The notes beneath the pieces are model-generated. The model saw only the letters and a list, made by a program, of their open reading frames with translations, was not told the DNA's origin and made no database searches. The position numbers and the translations under genes are program-made. Shown here one piece after another: positions 41,336-51,461 of a stretch of 64,000 bases of DNA. This DNA is from an uncultured Actinomycetes bacterium (GTDB taxonomy: Bacteria; Actinomycetota; Acidimicrobiia; IMCC26256; PALSA-555), in assembly GCA_963731625.1 (NCBI GenBank), contig CAVSWH010000001.1:1608570-1672569 (forward strand). Reading direction: 5' to 3'. Numbering within the stretch: the stretch's first letter is position 1; each line of letters begins with the position of its first letter.

Positions 41336-41617
41336 ATGGCCGACTGGACCACCCAAGCCGCCGACGCGATCGAGGCCGCGGTCACCGCGGTCCGCGACAG
41401 GACCGTCGTCCCCGCCCAGCGGGCCACCCGGGCCGTCGTCTACGGGCTGCTCGTCGCGTTCTTCGCGGGGACGGCGCTCGTGCTCCTCGCGGTCGGCGCG
41501 TTCCGCGGCCTGGTGATCCTCACCGGTCGCACGTGGATCGCGTACCTGATCGTCGGCGGAATGCTCGTCGCCGCGGGCGCGTTCTGCTGGTCGCGGCGCA
41601 CGAAGCGCACGGTGTGA
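41336..41617 (+). CDS. Small two-TM membrane protein
   Basis: MADWTTQAADAIE..., two hydrophobic segments, basic tail; fills gap before trxB. Confidence 0.75.
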   Translation: MADWTTQAADAIEAAVTAVRDRTVVPAQRATRAVVYGLLVAFFAGTALVLLAVGAFRGLVILTGRTWIAYLIVGGMLVAAGAFCWSRRTKRTV

Positions 41618-41639
41618 CCGTCGCAGGAGGGAAGGGCCG

Positions 41640-42584
41640 ATGACCGATGCCGTGCCCCTGGTGATCGTGGGGTCCGGACCGGCCGGGCTCACGGCGGCGG
41701 TGTACGCGGCGCGCGCCAACCTGCGCCCCATCGTCATCGAAGGGCTCGAGGCGGGCGGCCAGCTCATGCTGACCACCGACGTCGAGAACTACCCCGGGTT
41801 CCCCGACGGCATCCTCGGACCCGAGCTCATGACGAAGTTCCGCGAGCAGGCCGCCCGGTTCGGCGCGGAGTTCGTGACCGCCGACGCGGACCGCCTCGAC
41901 CTCGACGCGTCGCCGTTCGGCGCGTGGGTCGAGGGGCGCGAGTGCCGCGGCGAGGCGATGATCGTCTCGACCGGCGCCACGGCGCGGATGCTCGGTCTGG
42001 ACTCGGAGCGTCAGCTGCTCGGGCGCGGCGTGTCGACGTGCGCGACGTGCGACGGCTTCTTCTTCCGGGGCCAGCCCCTGGCCGTGGTCGGCGGCGGCGA
42101 CTCGGCCCTCGAGGAGGCCTTGTTCCTGACCAAGTTCGCGACCGAGGTGACGATCGTCCACCGCCGCGACGAGCTGCGGGCCTCGGCGATCATGGCGGAC
42201 CGGGCGGCCGCCAACCCGAAGATCTCGTTCCGCTGGAACGCCGTGGTCGAGGAGGTGCTCGGCAACGGCTCGGTCAAAGGGGTCCGGCTGCGGGACACCG
42301 TGACCGACGAGCGCTCCGAGCTCGACGTGGGGGCGCTGTTCGTGGCCATCGGGCACGACCCGAACACGGCGCTCGTGCGCGACCAGCTCGAGCTCGACGA
42401 GGGCGGCTACGTCGTCACTGCGGGCGATTCGACGGCCACCTCGGTCGACGGCGTGTTCGCCGCGGGGGACGTGCAAGACCACGTCTTCCGCCAGGCCGTC
42501 ACCGCCGCCGGCAGCGGCTGCATGGCCGCGATCGAGGCGGAACGCTGGCTCGCGGCCCGGGAGCACGCGGCGCGGCGACGCTGA
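41640..42584 (+). CDS. trxB: Thioredoxin reductase
   Basis: GSGPAG, GVSTCATCDGFFF, VGGGDSA, FAAGDV. Confidence 0.98.
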   Translation: MTDAVPLVIVGSGPAGLTAAVYAARANLRPIVIEGLEAGGQLMLTTDVENYPGFPDGILGPELMTKFREQAARFGAEFVTADADRLDLDASPFGAWVEGRECRGEAMIVSTGATARMLGLDSERQLLGRGVSTCATCDGFFFRGQPLAVVGGGDSALEEALFLTKFATEVTIVHRRDELRASAIMADRAAANPKISFRWNAVVEEVLGNGSVKGVRLRDTVTDERSELDVGALFVAIGHDPNTALVRDQLELDEGGYVVTAGDSTATSVDGVFAAGDVQDHVFRQAVTAAGSGCMAAIEAERWLAAREHAARRR

Positions 42585-42665
42585 GGAATGCGCGGGCGGG
42601 GCGCGTGGTTCCCCTCTCAGTACACTCGTCGGCATTCCGGCGAGACTGGCCGAAAGGGAATTGGC

Positions 42666-43001
42666 GTGTCTGAGATCACGAAGCTCACCGACGCGACGTT
42701 CGACGAGACGATCAGCGGCTCCGAGCAGCCCGTGGTCGTCGACTTCTGGGCGGAGTGGTGCGGGCCGTGCAAGATGATCGCGCCCGTCCTCGAGGAGCTC
42801 GCCAAGGAGAACGGCGGCAAGCTGCGCATCGCGAAGCTGAACGTCGACGAGAACCCGAACACGGCGATGCGGTACAACGTCATGAGTATCCCCACGCTGC
42901 TGGTCTTCAAGCCGGGCGAGTCGGGACAAGAGGCGCGCCGGCTCGTCGGCGCGAAGGGCAAGGCCCAGCTCCTCCAGGAGCTCTCCGACTTCGTCGCCTG
43001 A
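42666..43001 (+). CDS. trxA: Thioredoxin
   Basis: [15 protein letters not shown]; GTG 42666. Confidence 0.97.
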   Translation: MSEITKLTDATFDETISGSEQPVVVDFWAEWCGPCKMIAPVLEELAKENGGKLRIAKLNVDENPNTAMRYNVMSIPTLLVFKPGESGQEARRLVGAKGKAQLLQELSDFVA

Positions 43002-43005
43002 GCGC

Positions 43006-43998
43006 GTGCCGGCGCCGTTGCGGGCGGGCGCCCGCGGGGAGGCCGTCCGCGACCTCCAGCGCCGCCTCGCTGCCGGCGGCCACGACGTCGCTCCCGACCC
43101 GATCGGCGAGTACGACGCCGGCACCGCCGACGCCATTCGCGCCTTCCAAGCGGCGCGGGGGCTGCGCGTCGACGGGATCGTCGGACGCCAGACCTGGTCG
43201 GCGCTCGTCGAGAGCGGCTACGAGCTGGGCGACCGCCTCCTGTACCGGCGCCGCCCGATGGTGCGCGGCGATGACGTCCTCGACCTGCAGCGCCAGCTGA
43301 ACGCCCTCGGCTTCGACGCCGGCCGTGAGGACGGGATCCTCGGCGACGACACGTACCGGGCGGTCGGCGCCTTCCAGCGCGACGCCGGGCTCGCCGCGGA
43401 CGGCATCTGCGGGCCGGCCACCGTCGCGGCCCTCGGCCGGGTCGGCGCGATGGCCGACGGGTCGATCGCTACCGTCCGGGAGCGGGACCGCCTCCGGCGG
43501 GACCGCCAGCGCTTGGTCGGCCACCGGACCTACGTCGCCGCCGCCCCCGGCCTGGCCGTCCTCGGCGAGGAGGTCACCCGGGGGCTGCTCGACGCGGGCG
43601 CCCAGGTGCTCCTCGACGCTTCGGGCGGCGAGGACTCCCTGCTGGCCGCCGCCGCCAACCGCTTCGACGCCCACCTGTTCCTCGGCCTCCGTCCGGGCGA
43701 TTCCGTGGGGTGCTGCTGCGCCTACTTCGAGTCGGGCCGGTTCCGGTCGGAGGCGGGTCACGCCGTCGCCTCGGCGATCCACGACGAGCTGCGCGGGATC
43801 CTCCCGATCGAGGTCGGCGTGTCGGGACGAACCTACGCGGCCCTCCGCGAGACGCGCATGGCCGCCGTCGTGTGCGAGATCGTCCCGGACGGCGACGTCG
43901 TCGCCATGCGGGGCGTCGTGGCGAGTGCGGGCGGTGTCGGGCGGGCGATCGTGCGGGCGGTGCGGCGCGCCGTCGAGGAGCCGGCCGTCGCGCTCTGA
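43006..43998 (+). CDS. CwlM-like protein: two peptidoglycan-binding domains plus degenerate amidase
   Basis: FQAARGLRVDGIVG and FQRDAGLAADGICG PG-binding repeats; GRTYAALRETRMAAVVCE amidase tail; follows trxA as cwlM does in other actinobacteria. Confidence 0.82.
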   Translation: MPAPLRAGARGEAVRDLQRRLAAGGHDVAPDPIGEYDAGTADAIRAFQAARGLRVDGIVGRQTWSALVESGYELGDRLLYRRRPMVRGDDVLDLQRQLNALGFDAGREDGILGDDTYRAVGAFQRDAGLAADGICGPATVAALGRVGAMADGSIATVRERDRLRRDRQRLVGHRTYVAAAPGLAVLGEEVTRGLLDAGAQVLLDASGGEDSLLAAAANRFDAHLFLGLRPGDSVGCCCAYFESGRFRSEAGHAVASAIHDELRGILPIEVGVSGRTYAALRETRMAAVVCEIVPDGDVVAMRGVVASAGGVGRAIVRAVRRAVEEPAVAL

Positions 43999-43999
43999 G

Positions 44000-44873
44000 C
44001 TAGGCCGACGCGGCGCTCGGGCTGCGCCCGTCGGTCATGCGCTTGTAGATCCGCTCGAGGTCGTCGAGGCCGGCGAACTCCACGGTGAGCGCGCCCTTCC
44101 CGCCCGCGCCGAGCTTGACGCGCACCCGCGTCTCGAGATGGTCGCTGAGCTGCTCTTCGAGCTGGAGCAGCGCCGCGGGTCGCATCCGCGCCGGCGCGCG
44201 CGGCGCGGGCTCGGGTTCGGCGCCGTCGTTGCGCGCGCGCACGGCCTCCTCGACGGCGCGCACGGACAGGTCGTCCTTGACCGCGCGGCGGGCGAGGGCC
44301 TCCTGGAACGCGCGGTCGGGCGTGCCGAGCAGTGCGCGGGCGTGCCCCATGGACAAGCGCCCCTCGCGCAGCGCGCGCTGGATCGAGGGCGGCAGCTGCA
44401 GCAGCCGCATCGTGTTCGTCACCGCGGCGCGGCTCCGCCCGACCGTCGTCGCGACCTGCTCGTGCGTCATCGAGAAGTCTTCGATCATCTGCTGGTAGGC
44501 CGCGGCCTCTTCCAACGGGTTCAGGTCGTCGCGCTGGAGGTTCTCGACGAGCGCCGCTTGCAGCGCGCGCTGGTCCTCGGTCTGGCGCACGATCGCCGGG
44601 ATCATCTGGAGGCCGGCGCGGTGCGCGGCGCGCCAGCGCCGCTCGCCGGCGACGAGCTCGTAGCCGTCCCCCGCCGGTCGGACGAGCACCGGCTGGAGCA
44701 GCCCGACCTCGCGGATCGAGTCGGCCAGGGCGCCGATGCCCTCCTCGTCGAACCGATCGCGCGGTTGATATGGGTTTGGCCGAATTGCGGCAATTGGGAG
44801 CTCGAGGAGCCCGGGTGTGGTGACGACGCTGCCCCGCTCGGCTGCGCCGCTGGGGATCAGCGCGCCGAGGCCC

Positions 44874-44899
<26 letters not shown>
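44000..44899 (-). CDS. parB: Chromosome partition protein ParB
   Basis: GLGKGLGALI, PNPYQPR, LVAGERRWRA, ENLQRDDLNPLEEA. Confidence 0.98.
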
Positions 44900-45767
<868 letters not shown>

Positions 45768-45893
45768 TGCCACTCCCCGGAGCACTCGCGTCGGCGGGAC
45801 CGCGAGCCCTCGACTTCGACTTGAGGCTGGGGTTGGAGGATACGCCGTGGCGAGCGGATTCGCCAGCGTCTCGACGGAATCGCTCGGCGATCC

Positions 45894-45909
45894 CGTTTCA
45901 CGTGGAACG
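45894..45909. promoter_or_regulatory. parS site 1
   Basis: CGTTTCACGTGGAACG. Confidence 0.92.
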
Positions 45910-45931
45910 TGGCCGGGCCGATCCCCAGCCC

Positions 45932-45947
45932 CGTTTCACGTGGAACG
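45932..45947. promoter_or_regulatory. parS site 2
   Basis: CGTTTCACGTGGAACG, identical to site 1, 38 bp downstream. Confidence 0.92.
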
Positions 45948-46562
45948 TCAGCGCCAGAGCGGGCGCCGGGCCGGGACGCCGACCCGGCGGGGCCACCGGG
46001 GGCTCGGCGGATCAGCCAGCGTCATCACCGCGAGGGACGCCCCGCCCCCGCTCAGGAGCTCCGGCGGCGAGAGCCCCAGCGTCGCCAGGCCGTCCTCGTC
46101 CCAGCGACCCGGGTCGCCCCCCGGTGGCTCGGAGACCGCGAGTCGTCCCCCGGGCGCCAGGAAGCCGACGCCGCACTCGGCCGTGACGGCCGGCGGCCCG
46201 AAGGCCCGGGCGACGACGAGCTGGAACCGCCCCCGCCAGGCCTCGTCGCGCGCCGCGTCCTCCACGCGGGCGACGACCACGTCGACTCGGTCTGCGATCG
46301 CCAGCTGGTCGCAGGCCGACTCCAGATGGGCGCCCCGCCGCCGGCTCGCGTCCAGCAGGACGCCTCGGGCCGAGGGCCACTCGAGGGCCAGCACCAGGCC
46401 CGGGAGCCCGCCGCCCGCGCCGAGATCGACGAACGTCGCGACCGGGGCGCCGAGGAGGGCGACGAACGAGACGGCGTGCCGCCGCTGGTCGTCGAGGGGC
46501 CCGGGTCCGAGGTACCCGAGCCGCTGGGCGCGGGCGAGGGCGGCGTCGAGGCCGCCGGGCAC
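45948..46562 (-). CDS. rsmG: 16S rRNA m7G527 methyltransferase
   Basis: VDLGAGGGLPGL, LVVARAF; between jag and parA. Confidence 0.92.
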   Translation of the reverse strand: MPGGLDAALARAQRLGYLGPGPLDDQRRHAVSFVALLGAPVATFVDLGAGGGLPGLVLALEWPSARGVLLDASRRRGAHLESACDQLAIADRVDVVVARVEDAARDEAWRGRFQLVVARAFGPPAVTAECGVGFLAPGGRLAVSEPPGGDPGRWDEDGLATLGLSPPELLSGGGASLAVMTLADPPSPRWPRRVGVPARRPLWR

Positions 46563-46564
46563 CG

Positions 46565-47476
46565 TCAGGCCGGGCGCACCACAACGCGTCGATACGGCTC
46601 CTCGCCCTCCGAGATCGTGTCGACCCCGTCGAGCTCGGCGATGGCGTCGTGCACGACCTTGCGGTCCGCCGCCGGCATGGGCTCGAGGGCCTGGTCCTGG
46701 CCGCTCTCGCGCACCTTGTCGGCCTGCTCCTCCGCGAAGCGGGCCAGGGCGGCGCGGCGCTTCGCGCGGTAGCCACCGACGTCGACGTTGATCCGCGTCC
46801 CGCGGCCCTCGGTCCGGCGCTGGACGACGGTCCGCACCAGCTCCTCGATGGCCTGCAGGGTGGCGCCCCGCGGGCCGACGAGCAGCCCGAGGTTGTCGCC
46901 CGTGACGTCGACGAGGACGCCGCCCTCCTCGTCGATCGTCGTGGCCACCGCCGCGGGCGCGCCGAAGGCGTCGACAAGACCGCGGGTGAACACCTCCGCC
47001 TCCCGCGCCTGTTCCTGCACCGACACCTCGCTCACGGGTTCCTCCCTGTTCGCCTCGTCCGATCCTCGCTCGCCCCCGCCGGAGCCGCCGCGGCCGCCGC
47101 GTCGGCGGCGTTGCCCGTCGCGAGGTGCAGCCCCGCCAGCGCTCGGCCGGCTGCGCGAGTCGCGACTAGCCCCGCGGGACTCCCCACCACCGCCGCCGCG
47201 ACTCGCGCCGCGGGACTCCCCGCCACCCCCACGGCTGGCGCCGCGGGATTCCCCGCCGCTCCGGCTGCGCCGGGGTCGTCGGTGGCGATCCGTGGGCTTC
47301 TCCCGCGAGATCGGTCGCACCCGGGCCCGGATTCGAGCCGGGCGTCGGCCCAGCAGCCCGGCGCGGCCCTCCTCGATGACCTCGAACTCGACCTCGTCCT
47401 CGTCCACCCCGAGGGTGTCGAGGGCCACGTCGAGCGCGGCGGCGACCGTCCGTCCTGTTGTCTCGACCCACTCCAT
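46565..47476 (-). CDS. jag: Jag/EloR/KhpB RNA-binding protein (Jag_N, KH, R3H)
   Basis: MEWVETTGRT, LLVGPRGATLQAI, DRKVVHDAI, EGEEPYRRVVV; linker has three SRGASRGGGG-type repeats. Confidence 0.95.
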   Translation of the reverse strand: MEWVETTGRTVAAALDVALDTLGVDEDEVEFEVIEEGRAGLLGRRPARIRARVRPISREKPTDRHRRPRRSRSGGESRGASRGGGGESRGASRGGGGGESRGASRDSRSRPSAGGAAPRDGQRRRRGGRGGSGGGERGSDEANREEPVSEVSVQEQAREAEVFTRGLVDAFGAPAAVATTIDEEGGVLVDVTGDNLGLLVGPRGATLQAIEELVRTVVQRRTEGRGTRINVDVGGYRAKRRAALARFAEEQADKVRESGQDQALEPMPAADRKVVHDAIAELDGVDTISEGEEPYRRVVVRPA

Positions 47477-47486
47477 CGGGTTGGCC

Positions 47487-48725
47487 TCAGCGCTTCCGCT
47501 TCTTCTTGGTGGGGCGCGGCGAGCCAGTGGACTGGCTGCCTCCGCCGTTCGACGGGCCGCGGCTCGGCCGGGTCCCGCCGTTGCCCGCCGGCGGTGGCGG
47601 GAGCTGGAACATGGCCCGTAGCCCACCGCCGCGCGAGCGCTCCTCCGGGATGAGGTGGCGCTGCGGGAGCGAGGACGCCCGGGTCGGGGCTCGCTTCGCC
47701 GCCGGCTGGCGCGGTGTCGGCTTCGCGGCGGGCTTCGGGGGCGGCTGGCGCCCCGGCTTCTGCTTCGCCGTCGGGCGGGCTTGGCCGTTCCCGGCGCGCC
47801 CGTCGCCCTTCCCCTCATCCTCGCCGTCGTCGGGACTGCGCTCCGCGCTCGCCACGTCGATCGCGGCCGCCTTCGCGCCTCCGAGCTTCGGGGGGCTCCC
47901 GCCCGCCGTCTCCAGGCTCATGCGGCGGAAGACGATCTCCTGCTGGCCGAGCCGCCAGGTGTTGCTCACCACGAAGTAGAGGACCAGGCCGGCCGGGAAG
48001 CTGAGCGAGATGAGGCCGAAGAACACCGGGAGGACCTTCATCACCGTGTTCATCTGCTTGTTGGCGGCCGGGGTCCGGGACTGCGCCTGCTTGGTCTGCA
48101 TGTACCCGGTCAAGACGACGAGGCCGACCAGCACGAAGTAGGGGATCGCCGAGACGAACCCGAGGCTGGCGTCCGTCGCCGTCTTGAACAGGTCGACGCC
48201 GAGGAAGTTGATGTGGGTCAGGTGCGACGTCGCCCCGCCGGGGAGGACCACCTTCTGCGCGCCGCTCGCCAGCGTGACCGTCATGGCCTTGGTCGTCGCC
48301 TTGCCGCAGAGGCTGCCCCACTGGCCGCACATGGCGTTGTACAGCTGGGTGTAGGACCCGGTCTTGGGCACGTGCTGCCAGGGCGTGCGCAGCACCCGGT
48401 AGAGCACGAAGAAGATGGGCAGCTGCACCACGAGCGGCAAGCACCCGGCGAGCGGGTTGATCTTGTTCTCTTGGTAGAACTTCATCATCTCTTCGTTGAG
48501 CTTCTGGCGGTCGCCCTTGTACTTCGCCTGCAGCTTCTTGATCTCCGGCTGCACGCGCTGCATGGCGATCATCGACTTCGCCTGCTTCGCGGTCAGCGGG
48601 TAAAGGATCAACATCACCACGAGGGTGAGGAGGATGATGGCGACGCCCAGGTTCGGGACCAGCGAGTAGACGAAGGCCAGGACCGCGCCCATCGCGTTGT
48701 AGAGGGAGTTCAGGAACGACTGCAT
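47487..48725 (-). CDS. yidC: Membrane protein insertase YidC with long basic tail
   Basis: MQRVQPEIKKLQAKYKGDRQK, NPLAGCLP, PAGLVLYF. Confidence 0.96.
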   Translation of the reverse strand: MQSFLNSLYNAMGAVLAFVYSLVPNLGVAIILLTLVVMLILYPLTAKQAKSMIAMQRVQPEIKKLQAKYKGDRQKLNEEMMKFYQENKINPLAGCLPLVVQLPIFFVLYRVLRTPWQHVPKTGSYTQLYNAMCGQWGSLCGKATTKAMTVTLASGAQKVVLPGGATSHLTHINFLGVDLFKTATDASLGFVSAIPYFVLVGLVVLTGYMQTKQAQSRTPAANKQMNTVMKVLPVFFGLISLSFPAGLVLYFVVSNTWRLGQQEIVFRRMSLETAGGSPPKLGGAKAAAIDVASAERSPDDGEDEGKGDGRAGNGQARPTAKQKPGRQPPPKPAAKPTPRQPAAKRAPTRASSLPQRHLIPEERSRGGGLRAMFQLPPPPAGNGGTRPSRGPSNGGGSQSTGSPRPTKKKRKR

Positions 48726-48735
48726 GCGCGGCCTC

Positions 48736-49011
48736 TCAGGAGGAGGGGGCGGCCGAGGCCGCAGGTCGGGAACGTCTGTTCGAGGGCGGGACGGGATCGA
48801 GGCCGCCGGCGTGCCAGGGATGGCAGCGACCCACCCGCCGGACGGCGAGCCAGGCGCCCCGGGCGGCGCCGTGCTCCTCGAGCGCCTCGAGGGCGTAGGC
48901 CGAGCACGACGGGTGGAACCGGCAGCGGGGCGGCAGGTACTGGCTCAGCATCCGCCAGCCCCGGATGGGGGCCATCAGGACCCGGGCGGCGGGCGTCGGG
49001 CGCCTCGTCAT
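48736..49011 (-). CDS. yidD: Membrane protein insertion efficiency factor
   Basis: [29 protein letters not shown]. Confidence 0.96.
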   Translation of the reverse strand: MTRRPTPAARVLMAPIRGWRMLSQYLPPRCRFHPSCSAYALEALEEHGAARGAWLAVRRVGRCHPWHAGGLDPVPPSNRRSRPAASAAPSS

Positions 49012-49331
49012 CGGGCACTCTCGCGGAGGAGCTCGCCGACGCAGCGGCGCAGCGATTCGAACGGCATCGTCAGCGCCTCTCGGCCGGCGCCGAACAGGTA
49101 GCTGCGCGCCGGGTCGAGCGCGTCGGCGTGCGCGTGGACCGCGGCGCGCAGGCGGCGGCGGACCCGGTTGCGCTCGACGGCTCCGCCGACGCGGCGACTG
49201 ACGGCGTAGGACACGCGTGGCTGATCCGACGACGCGCCTGCGTGCACGCGGACGGTGATCGGACCGCGTCGCTGCGGGCGCCTCCGAGCGAGCGCGTCGA
49301 ACGTCGCACGGTCGCGGATCGGCCGCGTCAG
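49008..49331 (-). CDS. rnpA: Ribonuclease P protein component (start codon non-canonical or uncertain)
   Basis: [27 protein letters not shown] motif; no ATG/GTG/TTG between rpmH stop and the domain; CTG 49331 overlaps rpmH TGA. Confidence 0.9.
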   Translation of the reverse strand: MTRPIRDRATFDALARRRPQRRGPITVRVHAGASSDQPRVSYAVSRRVGGAVERNRVRRRLRAAVHAHADALDPARSYLFGAGREALTMPFESLRRCVGELLRESAR

Positions 49332-49462
49332 GCGGCGAGGCGCTTGCGGCCGCGCGCGCGTCGTGCCTTGAGCACCGCTCGCCCGCCGCGCGTGCGCATC
49401 CGGCCCCGGAAGCCGTGCGTCTTCTTCCGCTTGCGGTTGTTCGGTTGGTACGTGCGCTTCAC
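49328..49462 (-). CDS. rpmH: 50S ribosomal protein L34
   Basis: Not in ORF track. GTG 49462: [44 protein letters not shown]; RBS GGAGG. Confidence 0.98.
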   Translation of the reverse strand: MKRTYQPNNRKRKKTHGFRGRMRTRGGRAVLKARRARGRKRLAA

Positions 49463-49768
49463 GCATGGCCTCCTGGAGCACGTCGATGGCGATCGCTGGC
49501 CGCCGGTGTCGGGGCGGCGCCTTCGCGAGCGCGACGCGTGACGATCACCGCGCAGTGTAACGGGCCCTCGAAAGTCCGTCCTACCCGGCGCCGGGTGGGG
49601 GCTGGACGGCCTCCGACGCCGTCGCCACGACCTCTTGTCGCTGCTCGGAACCCAGTGCTACGTTCCGCTTCGCCGTCGTTCCGGCCTACGACGGCACACT
49701 TCCCCATGGGGCTTCGCCCGTGACCGGCCGGTCAGCCCTGAGGGGGGAGGGGTCCGTCGCCGCTCCCG

Positions 49769-49800
49769 TTCTCCACAACTGTGGACGCGCCTGTGGACAA
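49769..49800. promoter_or_regulatory. DnaA boxes at the dnaA start
   Basis: TTCTCCACA (49769), TGTGGACGC (49780), TGTGGACAA (49792; reverse complement TTGTCCACA). Confidence 0.75.
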
Positions 49801-51220
49801 CGAACGCTCGGCCGATCCCCCCGCTGACGAGCCCGCCCAGCGCATCTGGGACCAGGTCGAGCCCCAGGTCCGAGCCGAGCTGGCCGAATCGACGTGGGCC
49901 ACCCGGTTCCACGGCATCCACGCCCTCCGGGTCGTCGACGGCGTCCTCGTGCTCGGGGTCCCGAACGCCCTCGCCGCCGAGACCATCCGCTCCCAGTACC
50001 TCCCGATCCTCGAGTCGGCCCTCCTCCAGGTGACCGGCGCCCCCCTCGGCTTGGCGCTCCAAGTCGACACCGACGCCGGCTCCGACGAGCCCCTCCTGGC
50101 ACCCGAGCCGGCACCCCTCCCGCTGGCGGCGACCCCGCATTCGCCGGCACGGACCGAGGCGACCTACGCGTCAGGCTCGTCGCTCAACCCTCGTTACACG
50201 TTCAACCAGTTCGTGATCGGCGCCTCGAACCGCTTCGCGCACGCCGCGGCCCTCTCGGTCGCGGAGGATCCCGCGCAGGCGTACAACCCGCTGTTCATCT
50301 ACGGGCGCGCCGGCCTGGGCAAGACACACCTCCTGCACACGATCGGACACCATGTGCGCGCGGTGCGCCCAAAGCTGCGCGTCCGCTATCTCACGACGGA
50401 GGCGTTCATGAACGACTTCGTCGAGGCGATCCGCGACCGCACTCGCATGCCCGTGTTCAAGCGGCGCTACCGCGAACTCGACGTGCTGCTCATCGACGAC
50501 ATCCAGTTCCTCGAGCGCACCCAGGAGCTCCAGGAGGAGTTCTTCCACACGTTCAACCAGATCCACAACGCGGGCGGCCAGATCGTGATCTCGTCCGACC
50601 GCTCACCGAAGTCGATCGCGACGCTCGAGGACCGGCTCCGGAGCCGGTTCGAGTGGGGCCTGATCACCGACGTCCAGCCGCCCGAGTTCGAAACCCGCCT
50701 GGCCATCGTGCGCAAGAAGGCGGAGGCCGAGCATCTCCACGGCATCCCCGACGAGGTGATGACCTTCATCGCCAGCAGCATCGAGGACAACATCCGCGAG
50801 CTCGAGGGGGCACTGATCCGGGTCGCGGCCTACTCCAGCCTCAACCGGGCGCAGCTGTCCGAGGAGGTGGCCCGCACGGTCCTGGCCGACCTCCTGCCCG
50901 AGACGAAACAGCGGGTGGTCACGCCGGTGCTGATCCTCGAGGAGACCGCGAAGCAGTTCGGCTGGACCGTCGAGGAGCTGTGCGGCAAGAGCCGCCGCCG
51001 GCCGCTCGTCACAGCCCGCCAGATCAGCATGTATGTCATGCGCCAGCTGACCGACTTCAGCTATCCGCGCATCGCCGAGGAGTTCGGTGGCCGCGACCAC
51101 ACGACCGTCATGTACGCCGTCGAGAAGATCCGGCTTCAGATGCACGAGCGTCACCACACGTTCGACCAGGTCAACGAGCTGATCACCCGCATCCGGGTCG
51201 GCAGCACTACCGCCACCTGA
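49781..51220 (+). CDS. dnaA: Chromosomal replication initiator DnaA
   Basis: LNPRYTF, YNPLFIYGRAGLGKTHLL, LLIDDIQF, NIRELEGAL, GGRDHTTV. Confidence 0.99.
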   Translation: MDAPVDNERSADPPADEPAQRIWDQVEPQVRAELAESTWATRFHGIHALRVVDGVLVLGVPNALAAETIRSQYLPILESALLQVTGAPLGLALQVDTDAGSDEPLLAPEPAPLPLAATPHSPARTEATYASGSSLNPRYTFNQFVIGASNRFAHAAALSVAEDPAQAYNPLFIYGRAGLGKTHLLHTIGHHVRAVRPKLRVRYLTTEAFMNDFVEAIRDRTRMPVFKRRYRELDVLLIDDIQFLERTQELQEEFFHTFNQIHNAGGQIVISSDRSPKSIATLEDRLRSRFEWGLITDVQPPEFETRLAIVRKKAEAEHLHGIPDEVMTFIASSIEDNIRELEGALIRVAAYSSLNRAQLSEEVARTVLADLLPETKQRVVTPVLILEETAKQFGWTVEELCGKSRRRPLVTARQISMYVMRQLTDFSYPRIAEEFGGRDHTTVMYAVEKIRLQMHERHHTFDQVNELITRIRVGSTTAT

Positions 51221-51461
51221 CGCATGTGGACAACGTTGTGGACGACTGGGGAAACCCTCGGTCGCGCTCTGGATAGGTTGGGCCCTTACACCGTGCTCCC
51301 GTCGGGCCCGGTGGATCGTCCCTGCCACCTGGGGAAACCTGGGGATGACAGATCTGGCCTCTGACCTGCGCTAACAGGGGTTTCCTCCACAGTGCACAGG
51401 CCCTACAACAACAACAAACCTTGGTACTAATAGCAGCGCAAAGCGATCACCGGGAGCGCCC
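51221..51461. other. Replication origin oriC (dnaA-dnaN spacer)
   Basis: DnaA boxes TGTGGACAA (51225), TGTGGACGA (51237), TCCTCCACA (51383); DnaA-trio-like TACAACAACAACAAA (51404-51418); AT-rich ttggtactaatag. Confidence 0.92.
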
